NCBI RefSeq assembly: GCF_963921235.1
Contig: NC_086097.1
Coordinates: 10,664,001 to 10,728,000, forward strand
Direction: 5' to 3'
Length of the DNA stretch: 64,000 bases
From: Mobula hypostoma
Lineage: Eukaryota
The position numbers and the translations under genes are program-made. Of the stretch, positions 25,136-37,581 are shown in pieces (position 1 is the stretch's first letter; the number at the start of each line of letters is the position of its first letter). Below the pieces are notes generated by a model that did no database searches, was not told the DNA's origin, and saw only the letters and a program-made list of their open reading frames with translations.

Positions 25136-25359
25136 TATATAAACAATGGTTTATATATACCAAGACCAGACGTAATTTAACATATACTCTTTTTTTGATA
25201 TTTAAGTTGTCACTGTTAGGATGGGAAACAGCATCTTCCCTTAGGCCGTAGAGCTACTGAAAGCCCTGCCACCGTTCAGATCTCATCATGTTTCCAGCGG
25301 CAGTAGCAATATACTGTTCACTTTTTAACTTGTGTTGTAAATGCACCCACTGTACTGCT

Positions 25360-26412
25360 CATCATCATCAGCATCATCAGGTGCCATGCCCAGTTTAAGC
25401 TTTGACTGCCATGGCCCACACACTCCTGTTTCAGGTCAAGTGGATCAATTTATTGGTATTCATTTCCAGTTCTCTGGCTGCTGTCTCCATCATTATTTGT
25501 CTTTGCCTTCCTCTTGCCTTCTACCCTTCAATCTTTCCCATAATTACCTTGCCTTCTAACTCCTCTTTCCTAATCACATGTCCAATGAAATCACGTTGCC
25601 TTTTCATGATCTATATATTATTTCTCTTTTTGTGTTTGCTCTGTTCATGACATCCTCATTAGATATTCGTTTTGTCCATGATATTCTTTGCATCCTCCTC
25701 AAAAACCACATCTCTGCTGCTTCAATCGGTTTCCTCATGTTACTAGATATTGTCCAACATTCTGAGCCATATAATATAACTGGATAAACATAACACTTTA
25801 ATGCTCTGAGGCGGGTTGTCATGCCCAGTTTAGTGTTAGTCAGTACACTCTTGATTCTCGTAAAAGTGTCTTTTGTCATCGCTATTCTTCTTTAGATGTC
25901 CAAGTCGCACCTGCCATCTGATGTCACCCAGCTTCCTAAGTAGCAAAAGTTCTGTACTTGTTTTATGTCTTCCCTGTTTATTCTCAGCCTGCAGATAGGA
26001 TTCTCCTTCTTTTTTATATCACCATACATTCTGTCATTTTGCAATTGATAGGTAGACCCATTTCTGCACTTTCTTCAACAACTGTATCAATTAAGTTTTG
26101 TAGTTCTTCCTCCGTACTTGCAATTAACACAGTGTCATCCGCATATCTGAAACTATTGATGTTTTCACCACCAACTTTAATTCCCAAGATGTCTCTTATT
26201 TTTTGTAATATTGTTTCACTGTACACGTTAAACAAATCAGGGGAGAAAACACACCCTTGTCGAACTCCTCTCTTGATTTTTCTAAACTGACTCACTTCTC
26301 CATCTATTCTTACAGCAGCAGTTTGTTCCCAGTACAGATTTCTGATTAGGCAGAGGTCTTTGGTATCTAGATCTAGAGTTTCCTGTAATATTTCGAATAA
26401 CTTATTGTTCTT
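25360..26412 (-). mobile_element. RTE-clade (BovB-like) LINE 3' part, inserted in a Rex-type tail (25219-26480)
   Basis: IKRGVRQGCVFSPDLFNVYSE..INSFRYADDTVLIA; LYGSECWT..AAEMWFLRRMQRISWT; (GAT)n tail; TSD CACTGTACT(G/A)CT at 25348-25359 and 26413-26424. Confidence 0.92.
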
Positions 26413-26935
26413 CACTGTACTACTACTGAAAAAAAAAACAAATTTTATAACATATGCAAGCGATGATACTCCTGATTCTGATATGAGTCTCTATTGCATT
26501 ATCATACATTTCCAAACACTATATTCCATCTGCCACTTTATTGTCCATTCTTTCAATTTGTCTAAATCCTGCTGCAATTGCATTGCCTCCTCAGTATTAC
26601 CTACCCCTCCAACTTTCTTCGTATCATCTGCAAACTTTGCCACAAAGCCATCAATTCTGTTATTTAAACCACTGACAAACATTGTGAAAAGTAGCGGTAC
26701 CAAAACTGACCCCTCAGGAACACCACTACTCACTGTTAGCCAACCAGAAAAGCTCCCCTTTATTCCCACTTACTGCCTCCTGCCATTCGTCTACCCATGC
26801 CAGCATCTTTCCTGTAACAACCGTAGGATTTTATCTTGTTAAGCAGCCTCATGTGTGACACCTTATCAAATGCCTTTTGAAAATCCAAGTAAATAACATC
26901 TACTGTCTCTCCTTTGTCCACCCTGCTGGTTACTT

Positions 26936-29900
26936 ACACAGAAACATAGAAAACTTCAGCACAATACAGGCCCTTCGGCCCACAATGCTGTGCCGAACTT
27001 GTACTTAATTTAGAAATTACCTAGGCTTACCCATAGCCCTCTATTTTTCTTAGCTCCATGTAAAAGACCCTATCGTTTCCTCCTCCACCACCATCACCGG
27101 CAGCCCATTCCATGCACTCACCACTCTCTGTGTAAAAATATTACCCCCGACATCCCCTCTGTACCTACTTCCAAGCACCTTAAAACTGTGCTCTCTTGTG
27201 TTAGCCATTTCAGTCCTGGAAAAAAGCCTCTGACTATCCACATGATCAGGACAGGTTGCACTTGAATCTGAGGGGGACAAATATCCTGCCGGGGAGGTTT
27301 GCAAAGGCTATTGGGGAGAGTTTAAACTAAGATTGCTGGGGGGTGGGAACCGAACTGAAGGGATGGATGGCTCACAAATAGAGAAAGCTTGGAGACAGTG
27401 TGAAAGGGAGGATAGGCAGGTGATAGAGGAGGGACACACTCAAACCGATGGGGTACCGCAAGGCTCAGTGCTGGGACCCCAATTGTTTACAATATATATT
27501 AATGACTTGGATGAGGGAATTAAATGCAGCATCTCCAAGTTTGCGGATGACACGAAGCTGGGTGGCAGTGTTAGCAGTGAGGAGGATGCTAAGAGGATGC
27601 AGGGTGACTTGGATAGGTTGGGTGAGTGGGCAAATTCATGGCAGATGCAATTTAATGTGGATAAATGTGAAGTTATTCACTTTGGTGGCAAAAATAGGAA
27701 AACAGATTATTATCTGAATGGTGGCCGATTAGGAAAAGGGGAGGTGCAACGAGACCTGGGTGTCATTATACACCAGTCATTGAAAGTGGGCATGCAGGTA
27801 CAGCAGGCAGTGAAAAAGGCGAACGGTATGCTGGCATTTATAACGAGAGGATTCGAGTACAGGAGCAGGGAGGTGCTACTGCAGTTGTACAAGGCCTTGG
27901 TGAGACCACACCTGGAGTATTGTGTGCAGTTTTGGTCCCCTAATCTGAGGAAAGACATCCTTGCCATAGAGGGAGTACAAAGAAGGTTCACCAGATTGAT
28001 TCCTGGGATGGCAGGACTTTCATATGAAGAAAGACTGGATGAACTGGGCTTGTACTCGTTGGAATTTAGAAGATTGAGGGGGGATCTGATTGAAATGTAT
28101 AAGATCCTAAAGGGATTGGACAGGCTAGATGCAGGAAGATTGTTCCTGATGTTGGGGAAGTCCAGAACGAGGGGCGACAGTTTGAGGATAGGGGGGAAGC
28201 CTTTTAGGACCGAGATTAGGAAAAACTGCTTCACACAGAGAGTGGTGAATCTGTGGAATTCTCTGCCACAGGAAACTGTTGGGGCCAGTTCATTGGCTAT
28301 ATTTAAGAGGGAGTTAGATATGGCCCTTGTGGCTACGGGGGTCAGGGGGTATGGAGGGAAGGCTGGGGCGGGGTTCTGAGTTGGATGATCAGCCATGATC
28401 ATAATAAATGGCGGTGCAGGCTCGAAGGGCCGAATGGCCTACTCCTGCACCTATTTTTTCTATGTTTCTATGTTTCTATTTTAATGAGAGGAGTATTATG
28501 AATAAAACGGATGAGCTTAGGGCATGGATCAGCACTTGGAGCTATGATGTTGTGGCCATTACAGAGACTTGGATGGTGCAGGGGCAGGAATGGTTACTTC
28601 GAGTGCCAGACTTTAGATGTTTCAGAAAGGACAGGGAGGGAGGCAAAAGAGATGGGGGCATGGCACTGTTGATCAGAGATAGTGTCACAGCTGTAGAAAA
28701 GGAGTAAGTCATGGAGGGGTTGTCTATGGAGTCTCTGTGGGTGGAAATTGGGAACAGGAAGGGGTCAATAACTCTACTGGGTGTTTTTTATAGACCACCC
28801 AATAGTAACAGGGACATGGAGGAGCAGATCGGGAGACAGATTCTGGACAGCAGTAATAATAACAGGGTTGTCGTGGTGGGAAATTTTAACTTCCCAAATG
28901 ATTGGCATCTCCCTAGAGTGAGGGGGTTAGATGGGGTGGAGATTGTTAGGTGTGTTCAGGAAGGTTTCCTGACACAATATGTAGATAAGCCTACAAGAGG
29001 AGAGGCTGTATTTGATCTGGTATTGGGAAATGAACCTGTCAGGTGTTAGGTCTCTCCGTAGAAGAGCATTTTGGAGATAGTGATCACAATTCTATCTCCT
29101 TTACCATAGCATTGGAGAGGGATAGGAACAGACAAGTTAGAAAATGTTTAATTGGAGTAAGGGGAAATATCAGGCTATCAGGCAGGAAATTGGCAGCATA
29201 AATTGGAAACAGATGTCCTCAGGGAAACATACGGAAGAAACGTGGCAAATGTTCAGTGGATATTTGCATGGGGTTCTGCGCAGATATGTTCCAATGAGAC
29301 AGGGAAAGGATGATAGGGTATGGGAACTGTAGTGTACAAAGGCTGTTGTAAATCTATTCAAGAAGGGAAAAAGAGCTTACGAAAGGTTCAAAAAACTAGG
29401 GAATGATAGAGATCTAGAAGATTATAAGGCTAGCAGGAAGGAGCTTAAGAATGAGATTAGGAGAGCAAGAAGGGGCCATGAGAAGGCCTTGGTGGACAGG
29501 ATTAAGGAAAACCCCAAGAAATTCTATAAGTATGTGAAGAACAAAAGGATAAGACGTGAGAGAATAGAACCAATCAAGTGTGACAGTGGAAAAGTGTGTA
29601 TGGAATCGGAAGAGATGGCAGAGGTACTTAATGAATACTTTGCTTCAGTATCCACTGTGGAAAAGGATCTTGGCAATTGTAGGAATGACTTGCAGTGAAC
29701 TGAAAAGCTTGAGCATGCAGATATTAAGGAAGAGGATGTGCTGGGGCCTTTGGAAAACATCAAGTTGGATAAGTCACCAGGACCGGAAGGGTTGTACCCC
29801 AGGCTACTATGGGAAGTGAGAGAGGAGATTGCTGAGCCTCTGGCAATGATCTTTGCATCATCAATGAGTACGGGAGAGGTTCCGAAGGATTGGAAGGTTG

Positions 29901-31398
29901 CAAATGTTGTTCCCTTATTCAAGAAAGGGAGTAGGGATAGCCCAGGAAATTATGGACCAGTGAGTCTTACTTCAGTGGTTGGTAAGTTGATGGAGAAGAT
30001 CCTGAGAGGCAGGATTTATGAGCATTTGAAGAGGCATAATATGATTAGGAATAGTCAGCATAGCTTTGCAAAGGCAGATCATGCCTCACAAGCCTGAGTG
30101 AAATTTTTTGAGGATGTGACTAAACACATTGATGAAGATAAAGCAGTAGATGTAGTGTATCTGCATTTTAGCAAAGCATTTGATAAGGTACCCCATGACA
30201 GGCTCATTGAGAAAGTAAAGAGGCATGTGATCTAAGGGGACATTGATTTGTGGATCCAGAATTGGCTTACCCACAGAAGGCAAAGAGTGGTTGTAGACGG
30301 GTCATATTCTGCATGAAGATTGGTCACCAGTGGTGTGCCTCAGGGATCTGTTCTGGGACCCCTTCTCTTCGTGATTTTTATAAATGACCAGGATAAGGAA
30401 GTGGAGGGATGGGTTAGTAAATTTGCTGATGCAACAAAGGTTGGGGGTGTTGTGGATAGTGTTGAGGGCTGTCAGAGGTTACAGCAGGACATCGATAGGA
30501 TGCAAAACTGGACTGAGGAGTGGCAGATGGAATTCAACCCAGATAAGTGTGAGGTGGTTCATTTTGGTAGGTCAAATATGATAGCAGAATATAGTATTAA
30601 TGGTAAGTCTCTTGGTAGTGTGGAGGATCAGAGAGACCTTGGGGTCCGAGTCCATAGGACATTCAAAGCTTCTGCGCAGGTTGACTCTGTGGTTAAGAAA
30701 GCATAGGGTGCATTGGCCTGCATCAACCGTGGTATTGAGTTTAAGAGCCAAGAGGTAATGTTACAGCCATATAGGACCCTGGTCAGACCCACCTGGAGTA
30801 CTGTGCTCAGTTCTGGTCACCTCACTACAAGAAGGATGTGGAAATTATAGAAAGGGTGCAGAGGAGATTTACAAGGATGTTGCCTGGTTTGTGGAGCATG
30901 CCTGATGAGAATAGGTTGAGTGAACTCGGCCTTTTCTCCTTGTGGTTCCTCCAGGACCTCCCCCGTCCCCATTAATGATGCAAAGATCATTGCCAGAGGC
31001 TCAGCAATTTCCTCCCTTGTGTCCCTCAGTAGCCTGGGGTACATCTTGTCTGGTCCCAGAGACTTATCTAACTTGATGTTTTCCAAAAGCTCCAGCACAT
31101 CCTCTTTCTTAATGTCTATATGCTCAAGCTTATAATGCGCTGTAAATCATTGCTGCAATCACCAAGATCCTTTTCCCTAGTGAACACTGAAGCAAAGTAT
31201 TCATTAAAGTGCCTCAGCTATCTCCTTCGGTTCCATACACACTTTTCCACTGTCAGACTTGATTGGTCCTTTTCTCTCATATCTTATCCTCTTGTTTTTC
31301 ATATACTTGTAGAATGTCTCGGGGTTTTCTTTAATCCTGTTTCTCAATGCCTTCTCATGGTCCCTTCTGGCTCGCCTAATTACATTCTTAAGTTCCTT
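26936..31398. mobile_element. Rearranged CR1 insertion: minus 3' end (26936-27247), plus-strand ORF1-end to RT (27248-30942), minus tether (30947-31398)
   Basis: All three parts belong to the family of 11469-17810; orientation switches are visible at 27247/27248 and at 30942-30947. Confidence 0.8.
27449..28478 (+). mobile_element. Young CR1 3' fragment with an open RT C-terminal frame
   Basis: [17 protein letters not shown]..to the stop at 28379; (TTTCTATG)n tail; near-identical to 61082-62074. Confidence 0.95.
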
Positions 31399-31727
31399 CC
31401 TCGAAGAACTCTAACAGATTTGTCAGACAAAATTTCCCTGTACAGAAACCATGCTGACTTATTTTATCATTAGTCTCCAAATACCCTGATACCTCATCCT
31501 TAGTAATAGATTCCAATACTTTCCCAACCACTTGAGGTTAGGCTAAGTGGCCTATAATTTCCTTTCTTTTGCCTTCCTCCTTTCTTAAAGAGTGGAGTGA
31601 CATTTGCAATATTCCAGTCCTTTGGGACCATGCCAGAATCAAGTGATACTTGAAAGATCATCACCAATGCATCCGTTATCTCCTCAGCAATCTCTCTAAG
31701 ACTCTGGGTGGTAGTCCATCTGGTCCA

Positions 31728-32190
31728 GGCATGTGTTATAACAAATGTTTGGACAAACATGGGCTGTTTTCTCTGGAGTGGTGTTTGCTGAGTGGAGATC
31801 TGATGGAGGTTTATGGGATGATAAGGGACATAAATGGGAAAGAAAGACAGTATCTCTTTCCTGGGGTTGAAATATCTAATACCAGAGGGCATGAATTAAA
31901 GTTGAGAGATGTTAAGTTCAAAAGAGAAGTGAGGGGCAAGTTTTTACAGAGTGGTGGGTGCTTGGAATGCACTTCCTGAAGTGGTGGTAGAGGCAGATAC
32001 ATTGGGACTTTTAAGAGACATTTTGGAAAGGCACATGGTTATGAAGAAAATGGAAGGATATGGACATTGTGTAGGCAGAAGAATTCGTTTAGGTGGCCAT
32101 TTGATCACTAATTTATTTGGTTCAGCACCACATTTGTGGACCAAAGGGCCTATTCCTGCACTGAACTGCTTGATGTTTAATGTTTTATGA
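31728..32190 (+). mobile_element. CR1 3' fragment
   Basis: GLFSLE..GDLMEVY..NTRGHELK..VGAWNALPEVVVEADT. Confidence 0.85.
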
Positions 32191-33086
32191 TGGGTGTGTG
32201 AGAGCTATTTGTTTGTGTATGTATAATAATGTATTTTTCGAACAAATAACTTGGAGAACATTGATAATAACAACAAGAATATGCCCAAAGAGCATGGTGC
32301 AGTTACAGGAATACAGGTGCAATGTACGATGAATTAAATGAGTTCCAAAGCATGCACTGTACTAGCAAATACTCTAACAGCATGGAATAGGCAAGATGTT
32401 TGATCATGCATCCAAAACTGTGGCATCGATTGGGAAAACGCTGAGGAACTCCTAAAGAATTTCATTCAAAGCTAGCTACAAGTATGACTGCATGAATAGT
32501 CTCCATCAGTTTGTAGTTTTTGTGTGTGAGCATAGCCTGGAGCTATTAAATAGAATCAAAAACATGTGGGTGAGTCAGGAATTATGAGTGAGGAGAAAAC
32601 ATTCATCATGGATGAGCTACTTCAAAATGCAACATATCACCAAAGGCAACTCTAAACCAAATATGGTGTTATTTCTTCATTGAAAGGAAGCTCTCGAAGA
32701 GCAAGTAGAGAAATATACCTCAGGCCTGCAGAGGTGAAGCAGTAAATGCATCTTTATAGACTTGGAAGGACTGAACAAGACCTTTCCAAAGACTGCATAT
32801 TAATTACTGTGAGAAAACAATTGATGAGTCTTCTTACGCCTCCTGGACAGTGACTCAGTATTGATTGAGGTGAAACATATTGGGCCCTCTACAGTAACAG
32901 AACGTAGTACTGAGAAACTGAGATCTATCTCCCCATGACATGGGTTACCAGGAAAAACCTGTCACAGATAAGATCTTCAGTTTTGTCCAGTACCTCTTAA
33001 ACACAAAATTCTGTCAAGCAGATTTTGTTCACTTTGTCGGCCTATATTAAATGGTCCATGGAGAAATCAGTGAGAACTGCTGAAGA

Positions 33087-33640
33087 TTCAAAGTAGATTT
33101 ATTACATTTATTGTCATAGGATGTATAAGTTATACAACCTTGAAGTTTGTCTACTTACAGGCGGCCACAAAGCAAGAAACCCGAAAGAACCAGTTAAAAA
33201 AATGAAGACCAACACCCAATGCACAGAGAAAGAGAAAAATTACAAATCATGCAAACAACAGAAGCAAGAAACCAGACCAAATTGAGTCCTTAGATCCAAA
33301 TCCCTGGAGCAGCTTTAGTTCATCATATTAGCCAGGTGAATCACCACAAAGCTTGCAGACACAAAGTAAAGCACCTGGGGCGGTCTCACAGAACATTGTG
33401 GGAGAGTGAGCGAAATTGGCCTGACTTTCACCTCCAGTCCTGACACCCTGCATTTCCCGCCTATTTGGACCAGTGTTTAAATGATCCAGGTAGTGGATTG
33501 TGCCTCACATTAGGACCTGGGCTCTGCCACAGCGAAAAGCTCCAGGCCTAGATCTCTCCACCCAGCCCGAAGTTGGTCCAGAGCACTCCAAATTAGCTCA
33601 CCGCATAGAATGATCCAACCTTACACCCAGGTTAGTTGGA
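33087..33640 (-). mobile_element. Probable non-autonomous element with a Rex-type tail
   Basis: TTCAAAGTAGATTTATT..ATACAACCTTGA resembles the tails at 3990-4060 and 63637-63710. Confidence 0.5.
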
Positions 33641-33996
33641 CACTAAGGAACAAGATTCTCAATATGGTGTAATTTTGCAAACTTCCTTCTACCAATAAAA
33701 TAGCACACATGCTCTGCCAAGTTATAATCCAGCTGAATTAAAGTTGAGTAATTGACTCAGGGCTCTTGGTCCGTCCAGAGCTTCAGGAAAACATGGACGA
33801 AAACTATGTGAGACAGAAATTCAAGTGTGACTTAAACCTTGATGGGGAAAAGAAAATTAAATAATGTGGCAACGTTCATGTGTTAACAGCACTTAGCAAA
33901 TTTGACAACTGGAAGTGGGAAATTGAAGGAGGCAGTACAAACAGATATCTCGTTAAAATAGAAGATTCACTCACTGGCCACTTTATTAAGTGCAAC

Positions 33997-34945
33997 ACCA
34001 TAAGACCATAGACCATAAGACATAGGAGTAGAATTAGGACACTTGACCCATTGGATCTGCTTCGCCATGCAATCATGGCTGACCCTTCTTTTCCCCTCCT
34101 CAGCCCCACTCCCCAGACTTGTCCCAATAATCTTTGATGCCGTGTCCAATCAAGACCTATCAATTTCTGCCTTAAATACACGCAATTACCTGTCCTCCAC
34201 AGCTGCACGTGGCAACAAATTCACCACCCTCTGGCTAAAGAAATTTCTCCACATCTCTGTTTCAAACAGATACGTCTCTATCCTGAGGCTATGCCTTCTT
34301 GTCCTAGACTCCCCCACTATGGGAAACGTCCTTTCAACATCTACTCTGTCTAGGCCTTTCAACAGTTGAAAGGCTTAAATGAGACCCTCCCTCATCTTTC
34401 TGAATTCTAGTGAGTACAGATCCAAAGCCATCAAATGTTTCTCATATGATAACCTTTTCATTCCCGGAATCATCATTGTGAACCTCATCTGAATCTTCCC
34501 CAGTGCCACATTTTCTCAGATGAGGAGCCCAGAACTATTCACAATACTCAAGGTGAGGCCTCACCAGTGCCTTCTAAAGCCTTGGCATCACACCTCTGTT
34601 CTTGACATGAATGTCAACATTGCATTTGCTTTCCTCACCACCGACTCAGCCTGCAAATTAACCTTTAGGGTGTTCTGCACAAGGACACCCAAGTTCCTTT
34701 GCATCTCAGATTGTCTGGACTTCCTCCCTGATCAGAAAATAGTCTGCACGTTTATTTCTGGTATGAAAGTGCCTGACCATGTATTTTCTGGCATTATATT
34801 TCACTTGTCACTCTCTCACTCATTCTGCTAATCTGTCTAAGTCCTTCTGCAGTCTACCTGTTTCCTCAACATTAACTGTCCCTCCATCAATCTTTATATC
34901 ATCTGCAAACTTGGCAACAAAGCCATCTATTCCATCATCTTAAAC
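33997..34945 (-). mobile_element. CR1 3' fragment
   Basis: (TCTTATGG)n tail; antisense AKFADDIKIDG at ~34890-34920; similar to 18752-19430. Confidence 0.85.
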
Positions 34946-34958
34946 AGTAATATACAGC

Positions 34959-35421
34959 TTATATTCCATCTGGGTAGCCTCCAAATACAAGGCATAAGGC
35001 ATAAACATCAATTTCTTGAAATTCCAGTAATTGCCCTCCCTTCACCATTCCCCATTCCTGTTTCTGTCTTTCACTTTATCTATTTATTTGCTTATCACTC
35101 CCCTTTGATGCTACTCCCTCCCACTCCCCCACTTCCCTTTCTTCCATGGTCTTCTATCCTATCCTATCAGATTCCCCCCTTCTCCAGCCCTTTATCTCTT
35201 TCACCTTCCCAGCTTTTTACTTCACCAGCATCCCCCCTCCCAGTGTCACCTATAACCTACCACCTCGTACTTCTAACTGTCCCCTCACCTTCTTACTCTG
35301 ACTTCTCCCTTTGTTTTCCAGTCCTGATAAAAGGTCTCAGGCTAAAACATCAACTGTTTAACTCTTTTCCTGAGATACTGCCTAGCCCGGTGATTTGCAC
35401 CAGCATTTTGAGTGTGTTGCC
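34959..35421 (+). mobile_element. PLE 3' end with degenerate hammerhead (35320-35355), inserted in the Tc1 TIR
   Basis: LIFHLGSLQ C-terminus; CCACTTTATTA is duplicated at 33978-33988 and 35422-35432. Confidence 0.75.
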
Positions 35422-36384
35422 CCACTTTATTAGACAGCTGCTTTACCTGATAAAGTGGCCACTGAGTGTGTATTCATGGTCTTCTGCTGCTGTAACACAT
35501 CCACTTCAAGGTTCAATGCATTATGCAATCATAGATATTCTTCTGCACACCACTGCTGTCATACATGGTTATCTGAGTACCAATCTGGCCATTCTCCTCT
35601 GACCTCTCTCATTAACAAGATGATTTTGCCCACAGAACTACTGCTCATTGGATGTTTTTTGTTTGTTTTTAGCACCATTCTCTGTCAACTCTAGAAACAG
35701 TTGTATGTGAAAATCCCAGCAGATCAACATTTTCTGAGATACTCAAATGATCCTGGCACCAACAGTTATCAAAATCACTTAGATCATATTTTTCCCCATT
35801 CTGATACTTGGATTGAACAACAACTTAATCATGTCTGCATGCTTTTATGCCTTTAGTTGCTGCCACATGATTGACTGATCAGACATTTGAATTAATGAGC
35901 AGGAGGACAGGTGTACCTAATAAAGTGGCCACTGAGTGTTTGAAAGTATATGTATAAATCATCTAATTCCTGCAGGAGACATAGAACCGAAAATCAAAAA
36001 ATTATATCATCAGTGCATCCCAAAAGTTGATACAGAGGAAGAATAGACAAAATGGTCTACTGATTTGCTGAATAGAATAAGTGACACATTTCCCAAGTGA
36101 AAAAGTAGATATAACACACATTCCTATGGGAAGAACAAAGAAATTTAGAAAAGCTTAATACCTTGAGCCAGACTTCTCTTCATACTCAACATTTTAGAAA
36201 AAGCTTCTTCCCCCTCCGCCACTGGATTTCTGATTAGACAATGAGCCATGAGCACCACCCCAGAATTTTTACTCTCATTTACATTACTTAAAAGTCTTAA
36301 GCATATACTGTAAATATATATATATAATTGGGGTGTCTAAGGCTTTTGCATAGTACTGTAGTAATTTTATTTATTGCACCATAC

Positions 36385-36592
36385 TTGTTGTTGTTCCTCT
36401 TCACGTCTTGTGGCACATCAGACGGCAACCTTGCAGTTTCTTTAACATTTGTCTGTTTTTTTTATGAAGCTCAGTCACTGGCTCAATGCTCAACCCAGCA
36501 CGGGTGGAAAGCGTGCAAGAAGATGGCCAGTTTTGAACCAAGGACCATTCACCTAAAGTCCGGTACTAATACCACTACACTACCGGCCGGCC
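36385..36592 (-). mobile_element. tRNA-derived SINE (family of 54000-54202) inside a Rex-type tail
   Basis: Minus strand GGTAGTGTAGTGG (A box) ..GGTTCAAAACT (B box) ..AAGGTTGCC. Confidence 0.65.
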
Positions 36593-36959
36593 ATTGCCTT
36601 GTACAGCTGCCGTGAAAAAATAAAGCAAATCTCATGACATATGTGAGTGATGGTAAACCTGATTCTGAAATGGGTCCCTCTGATGGACTCAGAGTGGGAA
36701 AGGGAATCATGGTTGGGAAAGGGGGAAAGGAAGCACCAGAGAGACGTTCTGTAATGATCAATAAACCAATTGTTTGGAATCAAGTGATCTTGCCTGGTGT
36801 CTCAAGGCTGGGTTTGTCTGCACCCACACCATTCCCCTGCCCATAGCTCTCTTCCCTGCCACCTGTCCCACACTGATCGCATGGTGCTCCACCTTAACCA
36901 TTCCCAACATCCTTTGCTCCCACCAGATCTACTTAGTTTCCACTTCACATTAAGAAATA

Positions 36960-37031
36960 CAGTACTGTGCAAATGCTGTAGGCATTCTAGCTTTATACTG
37001 TATATGTGCCAAAGACTTTTGCACAGTACTG
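36960..37031. mobile_element. 72-bp Tc1/mariner-type MITE
   Basis: 14-bp TIRs CAGTACTGTGCAAA / TTTGCACAGTACTG with TA on both sides. Confidence 0.85.
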
Positions 37032-37059
37032 TAAATATATATATTTCTCATTGTAGTTT

Positions 37060-37581
37060 TGTCAGTACCTCCAGTTGAACTTTGCCTTTTTGTGTGTTTT
37101 CCCCCTAGCTGCCAGTCTATGGTTTTGTATTGCCATGTGCTCTTGTTTGTTTTCATGCCCCATGTGCTCCTGTCCCCGCTCCTGCTCTACTCCAGCCCCT
37201 GTATTACTGAGTACTGCGTCTCTCACCTGTTTCCCATTATTACCTGTTTTGCTGCCACCTGTGTCTCATTGTGCTCCACCTATCATCTGCCTCTCTGTTT
37301 ATTGCTCAGTGTATTTCAGTCCTGTGTTTTCACCTCTTTGTTGCCAGATTGTGCCAGTGAATTTTCCTGAGCTTTTCCAACATTCACATCTGTACTCTGT
37401 CCGTCTGAATGTCGACTCTGCCTGTTTCCCTATTCTTGTGTTTGAAATTCTCTGGATGTTTTGATCTCTGCCTGAACTTTGACACCGACTTTGTTTGCAC
37501 CTCGGGATTTGTTACTCAATTAATATCACTGTGTGCACAATACAGGCTCTGTGATTGGATCCCTGCTCCAGTGTCCTGACA
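37060..37581 (+). mobile_element. Solo LTR (probably Gypsy)
   Basis: TGTCAG...CTGACA termini; perfect 5-bp TSD AGTTT (37055-37059 / 37582-37586). Confidence 0.88.

Larger units (their letters stand above)
26490..31727 (-). mobile_element. Older CR1 RT fragment split into 26490-26935 and 31399-31727
   Basis: The halves rejoin as CCTGCTGGTTACTT|CCTCGAAGAACTC (antisense EFFEEVTSR). Confidence 0.8.
33968..35938 (-). mobile_element. Non-autonomous Tc1-like transposon with nested PLE and CR1
   Basis: TIRs at 33968 and 35910-35938, with an inner TIR at ~35443-35468; the body is homologous to the reverse complement of 5131-5770. Confidence 0.85.

Noticed and set aside
27333..28379. 348-aa ORF with a novel N-terminus
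   Set aside because: Chance in-frame fusion of a host CR1 inter-ORF region to a nested CR1 RT fragment at 27449.
27710..28402. Recurrent antisense ORFs (e.g. NLLCTPSMARMSFLRL, also 14136 and 61563)
   Set aside because: Shadow frames of the same CR1 family; the recurrence reflects copy identity, not a gene family.
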